Source: Takakia lepidozioides (Eukaryota > Plantae > Bryophyta). From it: 64,000 nucleotides of DNA. The position numbers and the translations under genes were made by a program. The notes under the pieces were generated by a model. The model made no database searches and was not told the origin of the DNA. It saw nothing but the letters and a program-made list of their open reading frames with translations. Below, piece by piece: positions 1 through 10,500 of this stretch; position 1 is the stretch's first letter, and each line of letters starts with the position of its first letter. Where the stretch lies: positions 57,846,001 through 57,910,000 of the forward strand of contig CM060733.1 of NCBI GenBank assembly GCA_030704615.1. The letters are read 5' to 3'.

Positions 1-24
1 AAATACTTCACACTAGGGACTTAC

Positions 25-3000
25 CATGGTGTAGAGAAACAACAAGGGCAGCCAAGTTGTCCATGCTGCCTGATGTGAGAGCTGCATCAACAATTGCTTT
101 GGCCATTTCACTGGCAGAGATTTGAGTCTTAACAGGCACAATATTAGCCCCCAAGGCAAGATTCCCCAACCTTGATAAAGGAGAGGGCAAGGGGAACGGT
201 TGATTTGGGGCCATTGTGCAGGTCTTAGGCTTGGTGAGTGCATCTGGGCCTGGGGACAATAGCTGAACGGCAAATCCCATTTCCTCTTTGTCGTCTCCAC
301 CACTATCATGAGAAACACCCTGCAGCTCTGTCAGTTGACCGTAATTGGGATGAGACAGTGGATTCTCTGTTCTGCTGTCTTCAACAGCAATCATTGCCCT
401 ACAATTCAACATATAGCCAGTGAGCCCTTTATGTTAAGACTTCACATGAGGTGAAAATCTATGGATAGTTTGAAGATTTTATAATGTAAACCTCCAGATC
501 ACATTTGTTTATATTCAACAGGTATCGAAGCTCAGCAACAGTGCTTGCGGAATGTCAACAATGATACAGTCATTTATGGCAGCACAAAGACTGTATTGGA
601 CCAAAACAAAGTTCCACAGTTTCCAAAACCAGGATAGGTCTGAGGGAGAGAAACAAGACAGGGAGACAGAGAATCTACCGTGAAAGTTCCTGCTCTTGCA
701 CTGGTTTCTGAAGCTGTGGCTCCTGCCTGGGTGGCAATGGAATAGGAGGGTCCCTTACTTGAGATCCCAAGGCAACTGAGACATTGTTCCCCGACTTAAC
801 TGCGGATAGAACTCGGCAAACATCACGTGTAGACATTTTCTCAAAAACACCGTCAGATGCTACGATGAGGTGACAGTCATTGCAGTCCAGCTTTAGCCAA
901 CCAGTCCACTCCGGCTCTGCTGTCACTCCATATCTAGACATCATTAAGAAAACAGACGTTAGCCTTTCTCCAAAGATGCCGGGGTTCCAAGATTGGACCC
1001 CAAGTAAGGTATGTCAAGGTACTAATTGTGTGTTCCCTGTCAATGCTACCCATGACATACCCTTAATGGTTTAGTCCTCATTGGACATTAGTTGTCCCAG
1101 GCCTGCCTACACGAGAATACCCGAAATGAAAGGGTGTAGAAAGAATTGCAGGCATATGACACTGGTAGCTGTCATCATAGGCTGCCATATCCATGGGTTG
1201 TTCACACACTCCCCTACTGCAGCTTACAAGTGACTGCCTTGGTGTGGAGGAGAGGAACTCCCGCCGCAGTGCCGGCTGCATTGCTTGGCAGCACAGCAAT
1301 GGTGGAATGTCAGCTTCCTTCCATTGGACAGTAGAAACCTGCCATATGGCAGACACTTCACGTGTTAACACCCTTTAAGGCAGCGCTCGTGCACAGATGC
1401 CCAAAATCTGGTAATGTGGCTTCGACTGTTCATTTGGGAGCTGAAATTGATCTCATAGAAGAAAGAATGAGGTGGATTCCAGGACTCCTCTAGTCCTACA
1501 TCTTGCAACAGGTGACACATGGCTATGGCTGCTCGCAGAGAGGGAGAATATACTTATGCCGTTCCCTGTGAACGTTGGCGTGCCATAGCCTTACGGCCAT
1601 TGACCTAGCGGGAAACTTACCCTCCCACAACCACCAGGGTTTAGCTTATTCCCTACAGCTCAGCTGCAGGTATAAACTTATTTTCCTGCAACTGCCATTA
1701 AGGCAGGGCAATTCGCAGAGAGACAGAATGTACTCGTAAAACGTTTGCCGTAGCCTTGTAGCCATAGATTGCACAGAGAGAGAGAGAGAGAGATGCTCAT
1801 AAGACTTTGTTTGCCGTAGCCTTGTGGCCGTAGACCCCGTGCCCAGTTTGAGCAGAACAAAAGGTACCAGAAACTACCTATGTGAGGGGCTCAATCTGGT
1901 AGTATGACTTACCTTGATACAAATGATTGATTTGGGTTTTCCAAATATCTCTAGGAAGCCCTTCACACAAGCATCAATCTGCTGTGTGTGAGCAGCCCAA
2001 AAGTTAGACCCCAACAGGGCCAGGGCTTTAGGCTCAGCCTCAAGATTTTGAAAGTTGGTGAACAGAGGTGCCGAGACAATGTTCTTGAAGAAGATCACTC
2101 TCTGGTGAGAATATCCCAGACTGTGTATCAAAAAGTGGATAGTCTTGAGGTTGCCCGCACATCGGGCAATTACAATCTCCTCTTCCTCTCTGCATCTGTT
2201 TAGAGGGAGAGAGAGAGTAACAGAAAAAACTTTATACTGTCCACAGCGGATCATGAGAAAGTGTACTAAGATATGATTTCAACAGTTTCCACCCTCATCC
2301 AAGAGCTTCATCAACTATTTTTTCCTAACCAAATGGCAATCCATCGCAACTCACTTCTTGAATGCCACATCCCCTATTGACCGGGAAACTGCCAACTGTC
2401 CGTTGACACGCGGCACCCCTCCTATATCCTCCACGAATCCACCTGCCTCCTCCACTCTCACCCTTTCTTCTTGTCTGTCAGGATGATGGTCCCAAGTTAG
2501 CTCCTTTGCTAATGGTCCACTCTCACAGACACCAACAGCAGTCTCCTTTCTTTGCGAGCGTTTCTGCCTTTGCTTTGGCATGTCCTTGCCTTCACTGTCA
2601 CTTGTTTCCTCTGCAAAAATAGGCGGTAGACTAGCTGTGAAAATGTGGTTTTTTCAATATAAATATATGCGGACATTACCACTTAGTTTTGTCACCCTTG
2701 ACTCTATGCAAGTAAATGCTGAACAGGCAAAACTCTCATGGATGCTCCACATATACTGAGAATGCACTACATAATAGCCCCATTCTCTGCCTACCCTGCA
2801 GAGAAGATCAAGGAGTTTAACAGAAGACAATATTAAGCCTAATGGGAAATGATCTCGTACTGTCTGCTAATGGACAGTGGAGACTGGAGACGTACACATT
2901 AGACTTTTGCATGACATAGCCCCTGTGGTTGGAGACCCTGCCCCTGGTTTCAACAGATTGTACTCATAAGATGTTGTTTGCCGTAGCCTTGTGGCCATTG

Positions 3001-6000
3001 ACCCCGCGCCCAGTTTGAGCGGGAACAAAAGGGACAGAACCTACCTCTGTCAGGGGCTGACGTTGGTAGTAAGACTTACCTCCATATAAAGAATTAATCC
3101 GGGTTTTCCAGATATCCTCTAGAAATCCCTTCACACAAGCATCAATCTGCTGTGTGTGATTTGCCCAAAAACTAGGCCTCAGGAGGGCCTGGGCTTTTGG
3201 CTCAGCCTCGAGACTTTCAAAGTTGGTAAACAGGGGTACAGGCACAATTCCCTTGATAGAGTTGAAGAGAGCGTCTCTTTGGTGAGAGAACCCCGGACAG
3301 TGTATCAGAAAATGAATACTGTCTTCAGGTTGCCTACACAACGGGCAATTGCACTCTCCCTTTCCTCTCTGCTTCTGTTTGCTGTTCAAAGGTAGGCTTC
3401 CTGCCCTGAGTTTAAATTTCAGTCTAGTGCCGAGAGTGGGTAGACCCTTGAGGTCATCCAAGATGTCCTCCCCCATGTCACAGACTGGAAACAAGTTCAG
3501 GGAAGTTTTCTGCCTAACTTCATTTTCATCAGACAATCTCATGGCAACAGACATGGCTGAGGACACTACAGCCTCTAAGTCAGAACTATCCAGCAGGGTC
3601 AAGACTTGCGGATCCAGGTCCAGGTCCTTGAGGATCTCTTCTACTCTCTTCTGCCAGGACTTAGCCTGTTTGACAGGGCGGTCCTGTTTCCAAGATATAG
3701 AGTCGATTAACTTAGGATATCTGGTGTTGGGCATATGTTGCAGCTGACCCCACCATCTGACCTTGAATTCATCTCGTCGGGAACTTAAGGACGGAATGCC
3801 AAACTCACCCCGAACAGCCACATTGGCTGTTTTGGAGCATGCTGACATACACTCCTTAAGCACCCCCACTTGAATGGATTCTAGAGACTTAGCCTGGTTG
3901 GAGTTATCAACCCATATAGCAGATCCGTACTCCAAGGCAGGTCTAATAACGCGACAAAGCATGGTTTTCTGGTTTCAACAGAGTGGATGAGGGACTACAG
4001 GACTGCCATCGCCCAAGGCTCACTTCAGAGTGGGACATAACTTGATACATCCAGAGGCTCTTTCCATTTGGTAGGCAATTACAACCCAAATTGAAATTGA
4101 GCCAAAAGATGCAGTCATAGTCCAAAAGGGGTGGAGTGACAGACTTCGCTGAACCAGAAATGTACTCATAAGAAGTTGTTTGCCACAGCCTTGTGGCATA
4201 AACTCCGTGCCCAGTTGGGCAGAACTAAAGGGAACAGAGAGGAGAGAGATGGAGGATACCACTTCGAGCTACAAATAGATCTTCTAGAACAAAAGAGTGG
4301 GAACCAGAGATTTTCAGAAGATACTTTTGGAGCCATGCAGTAATGGCAAACAACCATCGAAAGAGCACACGAGAGCTTTTGAATCCCCCAAATTGGCAAC
4401 CAGCAAATGATCATTGGCATACAGCACTACACATGCTGTTGTGCCTCCCTCGAGCCCTCTCCTCCTTGCTTCCTGTCCACCTTTTCCATCCACAGATTGA
4501 ATCAGGAACTATAGATAGATAGATAGAAGAACAGCTTTATGACCCCACAGAGAAAGGGGAAGGGGGCCTATCCTGCAAAACCACCCCAAGAACACAAGAC
4601 ACAGGGCTAATCATTTGCCATAGACAGGAAAAACATTCAGAACTAAGTGTGGTCTTTTAGCAATTTTCTTTTAACGTACGAGTTTGAAAGCTTCTTAGTA
4701 GACGTTTTCACAGGGAAAGGTGATGTAGTAGTCAGGGCAAATAAACAGACAAAATTATTCAGTCATTTCACAATATGCCCACAGATACATACAGAATGTA
4801 CTCATGCCATTCAGATACATACAGAGAGAAACGAACAGGCATCCTAACAACTTACAGTTGAAAAAATTAAATCCATGTCTGAAATAGCCCTCGACAATGC
4901 CTCCTTCAACACTTTTCCGTAGACTGAAGTTTCAAAAGTTCCTGGTACAGCATCTGCTAGGTCACCCTCCATAACCAACAATCTGTCCTGGCCAATAAAT
5001 TCCTTCTTCCCAGAGACAACCTTGCTGTCTTCTAGGCTTGCAAGCTCAACACTGCTGGCGGAGTTTTCATCCACATGTTTCCCAGCAGAAGGTAGGCCTG
5101 ATGATGATGTTGCTGGATGTGAACTGCTGAGGGAAGACCCGACACTCATATACAAATGGTCGAGGAATAGACGATGGAGGAATTTAGATGCCAATTCACT
5201 AGCTTCATCCCCACCATGGCCATCGAAAACCGCAAATAGGCCTACTTTCGTACCTCCCTCGTCTCCCTTACCTGCATTCACCAATTCCACAGGGAGCCAA
5301 CCGCCACTGGATCAACCACCCAACAGAAATGATCACATTCTGCATTTGGCAACAAAAACGCTGTCCAGTACACTCAAAATCATGCAGAGGGTATAGTTTG
5401 ACAAGAGATGGCCACGCTTTTCAAAGGAAAGTTGACCTGTTCTTCAATTTGAAACTGTGCTTACTACTCGCGTATCATCACAGAAATTTGAGTCATTACA
5501 GTCACTGGACGTGGAGAAAGGGACTGACTCAGGATTTGGTATGGCCAACTGGCAGTGCAACCATGCAGGATCCGCCTTAAGGTAGAGGGCTGAAGTACCA
5601 GAGTCGGGAGACATCGCGGTTATGGCACTAGGTGTCGCAGGTGGTGCAACCCATGTTACATCTGTGTTAAGGTAGAGGGCTATTGTACAAGTCAGTGAAA
5701 ATGATTCAATATAAGCCCGAAAATAATCATTAAATCACCTGTGCACATAAAATCCCCTGTGCACAGAGGATAGTTATCAGATTTGTGTGACATGTATGGC
5801 AATACAAGCTAGGATTCATCAAATGGCGATTTAATCCTCACCCTGGCCCAGGAGGGATAATATAATGTACTCGTGAGGTTCCCTGCGAATGTTGGCTTGC
5901 CATTGCCTTTCGGCCATCGACCCTGCGGTACCTAACCCTCCCTGAGCCTCGTGAACAAGGGTTTATCTTATCAACTTATTTTCCCGCAACTGCCATTAAG

Positions 6001-6825
6001 GTGCTCATAGAGGCATTTGTCCGCGTGCAAACTCGACAGCCCGGTTACAGATTTATCGATTTTAGTTTTATTGCCCTGCGTTTCCCACAGAAATGGCATG
6101 CATGGGGAAGGCATCTGCCCGTCACTCTGGGCTGTGTGCAGTTAATATATTATTCAGCTTCTTGAATTCTGCGTACCCCTAAATTTTCAGTAACACTCGC
6201 ATTGGATATGATACAAAAACTTCAATGTTTTTCATGATTTGTGTTGATCACCGTTGGAAAAATGCGCACTCACCGAGAGCTGGCAGAAGGATGTCCGGCA
6301 TACACAGGATACGATCCTCCTGCGAAGCTCGCCACCCCTGCAACAGCATTGCACCACACCTCTCTTCCTCGTCCTCTTCATCGTTGTTCCTGCCAGAAGA
6401 GGACCAGATATTTAAGTTGACATCACCGAATGCAAAATGTAGCTTCACGCAGCTGTGAAATTAAGAGAAAATGAAATCACCCCATCTGCAATCTCACTTC
6501 AACACCACGAAAACACAACCATGGAAAATGCTCACGCAAACCGATAATCCCCAGACGCGTACCGATTGGTGCTTGTCTCATCCGCCATCCTGTTAGCTGC
6601 AGGAGATCCAACTAGGCTCTCCTGTGGCCAGGAATCTGAATCTGGTTGAAAGCTTGGCCCCACTCTGTCATCTAATCTCCCACCACCGAAACCAAATCTC
6701 TGCTCAACCGATTCTTGAAACCCTGATCTAGCTGCCATAGCTGTAAATTGCATGCTTGTGGGCCAATTCCAGAATGAGCCTCCCAGCAACAAGGCTATCA
6801 AAACAAGCACCTTCCGAATTGCCAT
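25..6825 (-). CDS. Protein phosphatase 2C with N-terminal signal peptide (PP2C51/At3g63340-like); multi-exon, 3' part continues beyond the left edge
   Basis: Phase-consistent GT-AG exons at about 6825-6563, 6452-6274, 5271-4856, 4472-4325, 2610-2355, 933-679 and 398-25. They encode the PP2C motifs QGWRASQEDR, FAVFDGHGG, GTTACVVL..LLVANLGDSKA, LTWDHHPDRQEERVRVE, GQLAVSRSIGD, LIVASDGVFE and GSMDNLAALVV. Hydrophobic N-terminus MAIRKVLVLIALLLGG; alternative in-frame ATG at 6852. Confidence 0.9.
1550..2200 (-). mobile_element. Stack of three 5'-truncated LINE 3' ends (about 1550-1712, 1730-1772, 1795-2200) in a PP2C intron
   Basis: Each ends in the family tail (ATGGCC-NNAA-GGCTAYGGC...AGTACA). 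The 1795-2200 copy encodes a diverged version of the LINE ORF C-terminus (HFLIH..PLFTNFQNLEAEPKA..FWAAHTQQIDACVKGFLE). The copies are separated by copies of a GA-rich target. Confidence 0.8.
2958..3968 (-). mobile_element. 5'-truncated non-LTR retrotransposon (RTEX-like LINE), young copy
   Basis: 14-bp TSD CTGGTTTCAACAGA at 2944-2957 and 3969-3982. ORF 2964-3962 encodes the post-RT region (RPALEYGSAIW) and a CCHC knuckle (CPLC..EDSIHFLIHC). Nearly identical to 8296-9300. Confidence 0.93.
4160..4228 (-). mobile_element. Short 3'-tail fragment of the same LINE family
   Basis: TGTACTCATAAGAAGTTGTTTGCCACAGCCTTGTGGCATAAACTCCGTGCCCAGTT matches the tail at 2959-3016. Confidence 0.8.
5866..6001 (-). 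mobile_element. LINE-tail/SINE-like repeat, second copy of the 1550-1712 subtype
   Basis: Shares GTTCCCTG.GAA.GTTGGC.TGCCAT.GCCTT.CGGCCAT.GACC and AACTTATTTTCC.GCAACTGCCATTAAGG with 1550-1703. Confidence 0.75.
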
Positions 6826-7077
6826 GATCTGCACTGGAAATGCACATCTCATTCCAGCGCTCCGATCGCAAGTAGACTGACCTCCACTCTGAAGAAGATG
6901 CCACGAATCCTCTCTGTATGCCTTCAAGGCTCATCGCAAGGTTATTCTTCCCTTGCACATTTTTTATTTGAGCAACAGGGACTCTTGTCGCTTTTCCTCT
7001 TTGTAATGGAAAAGATGCTACTTACAAGAGATTTGGAACTTCCTCAAAGTTTACTATTTTTCTACATCGTGATGGAC

Positions 7078-7150
7078 GGGGATGTAGTTCAGATGGTAGA
7101 GCGCTCGCTTAGCATGCGAGAGGTACGGGTATCGATACCCCTCATCTCCA
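7078..7150 (+). tRNA. tRNA-Ala(AGC), probably a pseudogene or defective copy
   Basis: GGGGATG TA GTTC AGATGGTA GAGC G CTCGC TTAGCAT GCGAG AGGTA CGGGT ATCGATA CCCCT CATCTCC A is a 73-nt cloverleaf matching plant tRNA-Ala(AGC). The T-stem has two mismatches (positions 7130 and 7142) and the D-stem has a wobble (7088). Confidence 0.85.
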
Positions 7151-7590
7151 TAGTGATGCCATAGTGACAATACAATTAGGTATATGTCAACCCAATGATT
7201 TTTACGTTGTACGCTCCGTTGGTCCTAGGCTTGGCACGATGGTCATTTAAAAAGATTACAGTCCGGTGTCCTATTGAAACTTTTGTTGTATGTGCACAAC
7301 AGCTCAGTTCTGGTAGGAGTTATTTAAAAGATCCTTCACAATGTTTGGACATCAATGGGTTAGTCCCGAACAAGCGCAAACATCAGCTCCACTTGATTGA
7401 CTTTCAGATAGAGTATAATTTAATTGGAATGCGCCTCTTCCAGCTCAAGTTTTCACATATCATCTTGGAAGTCCGCTTGCACGCACCTTCATTGCTTGAA
7501 GGGGTTTTAATCTGACAGTACAAAAGACTTTCCTTCATCTAGCACAGGGAATATGCCACACAAACATTTGAGTACTAAGTCTGACCTACT

Positions 7591-10500
7591 CTACGTGGGA
7601 AGTGCTCTCAGCAAGTAAAGGGCAATCTTCCATTCAGGAAGCCCTCTCTTGACAAATTTTTGTAGAGCAGGAACAGCTCCAGCAGCCAAAATTGCAGGAT
7701 GATTCTCCTCGTTCATACCAAGATTGTACAGAACAGCAACGGCAGCCGACCTAGCCTGGGAGCTCCCAGTCTCAAGCAAGTCAACCAGTGGAAATATGCC
7801 TCCAGCATTTGAAATTGCTGCTGAATATGCCGCCACCCCTTGCGCAACCAAGTCTCTTAAATGCAAGATTGCCCTCTCGCGCACTGATGGAGAAGAGTTC
7901 TTTCCAACTTCGTCAACCAGCCTTGGAATAGTGTCGTGTATTGTTATTTCGATGTTGATGGAAACATCCAGAATATCCGCGTCTTTTGTCAGCCTCTGCA
8001 GTCTCAGTAGACAAGGGCAAACCCAATCTTTGACATATAGAGGAGAGGTCGGAGCTTCAAGTACTTTCGAAAGAACTGAAGCAAGTCTTGCACACCCAAG
8101 CGAACTTCCAACTTTCTCATATCTGACCAGCTTTTCAAGCAGTCTTGACACAGCAATGATGACTGCCCACGTGTCCTCCTTGGTTGGGTCATCTGAATCC
8201 ACTTGAAGATATTATAAGATGACAGCTTGGTTTGACAAAGTGACGTACCTGGCCTCTCAAAATCTGGTGAACATTCTATTTTGAAGCTCCATAGATTGTA
8301 CTCATAAGACGTTGTTTGCCGTAGCCTTGTGGCCATTGACCCCGCGCCCAGTTTGAGCGGAAACAAAAGGGACAGAACCTACCTCTGTCAGGGGCTGACC
8401 TTGGTAGTAAGACTTACCTTCATATATAGAATTAAGTTTTCCAGATATCCTCTAGAAATCCCTTCACACAAGCATCAATCTGCTGTGTGTGATTTGCCCA
8501 AAAACTAGGCCTCAGGAGGGCCTGGGCTTTTGGCTCAGCCTCGAGACTTTCAAAGTTGGTAAACAGAGGTACAGGCACAATTCCCTTGATAGATTTGAAG
8601 AGAGCGTCTCTTTGGTGAGAGAACCCCGGACAGTGTATCAGAAAATGAATACTGTCTTCAGGTTGCCCACACAACGGGCAATTGCACTCTCCCTTTCCTC
8701 TCTGCTTCAGTTTGCTGTTCAAAGGTAGGCTTCCTGCCCTGAGTTTAAATTTCAGTCTAGTGCCGAGAGTGGGTAGACCCTTGAGGTCATCCAAGATGTC
8801 CTCCCCCATGTCACTGGAACAAGTTCAGGGAAGTTTTCTGCCGAACTTCATTTTCATCAGACAATCTCATGGCAACAGACATGGCTTTGGACACTACAGC
8901 CTCTAAGTCAGATTTATCCAGCAGGGTCAAGACTTGCGGTTCCAGGTCCAGGTCCTTGAGAATCTCTTCTACTCTCTTCTGCCAGGACTTAGCCTGTTTG
9001 ACAGGGCAGTCCTGTTTCCAAGATATGGAGTCGCTTAACTTAGGATATCTGGTGTTGGACATATGTTGCAGCTGACCCCACCATCTGACCTTGAATTCAT
9101 CTCGTCGGGAGCTTAAGCACGGAATGCCAAACTCACCCGAACAGCCACATTGGCTGTTTTGGAGCATGCTGACATACACTCCTTAAGCACCCCCACTTGA
9201 ATGGATTCTAGAGACTTAGCCTGGTTGGAGATATCAACCCATAATGCAGATCCGTACTCCAAGGCAGGTCTCATAACCTGACAAAGCATGGTTTTCTTAA
9301 CCTCAGAGTTGACCCCTCTGCAGTGGAAAAATTTAGTGAGCCCCAGAGCTTTGCCCTTTGCCAGTTTGAACAACTTTCCAGATATGTGCATCCCAATTAC
9401 AATTGGAGGAAAACTCAAATCCCAGGTAAGTGTAGGAAGGAAGGACCGGGATCTCTTGGCTACCCCACTGCCACTTAAGATCACTTCCTCCCTCTCCTCT
9501 GTCGTTGAATGCTACCACTGCACATTTGCTGACATTAGCCTCTAGCCCCCAAAGATCAAAGTATCTCTTCGCGCAATCAATCAACTCCTGGAGATTGGTT
9601 GGAGTCTCCCCTATGCCTGCGAAGTCATCCGCAAACATAAGGGCTGGTATGGTGGTATCACCCACCCTTAACCCAAATCCCTCACTTTCCACATCCTCGA
9701 GGAGTTGATTGATGAAAACATTGAAGAGCAGAGGGGAGAGAGTACATCCTTGAGCTACACCTTGGTCTATGTCAAAGAAGTTGGACTTCTGTCCGTTAAC
9801 AGTGACACAGCTTTTGGTGTGAGCATACAAGTTGTGGACAACTCTCCACATCTTTCCCTTGATCCCACAAGAACAGAGGCGGAACCATAGGCCATCTCTC
9901 CACACTGTGTCATAAGCCTTTTTGACATCCAGGAAAAAAACATAAGTAGGTTTCCCTTCTTTTTTCCTTCCCTGGATAATCTGGCTTAGAGTGAAGATAT
10001 GATCCACACAGCCCCTGTTTCGCCGAAAGCCAGCTTGGCCTTCGTGGAAACAACCTCTAGACTCCAGATCAACCTCGAGACGAGTATTTATAACTCTGCA
10101 GAATGTCTTTCCAACAGCATTGAGGAGCGTGATGCCATGGTAGTTCCCCGGTTCTTCTCTGTCACCCTTCTTGTATAGATTGACAATGACCCCCTGTCGC
10201 CAGCGAAAGGGGATCATTTCAGTCTTCCAGATAAGGTTAAAGAGGAGAACTAGGGACTCTATCATGGGATCGCCACTGTGCTTGATAAGCTCGTTCACTA
10301 TACCATCAGGTCCACCAGCTTAAATCAATTGCTTCCACAATCTCAGAAGAACTAATGGGAGCGTTATAAGCCATTGAAATATACTCCAGTTCATCAGGGC
10401 TGTTTTGAATCATAGGAACAGTTTTTCCAACTGTGTCCCTCCATTCAGCAGAAGACCCCTCACTGTTAGACCTAGAAGTTCTGCCAAGGATACTGTAGTG

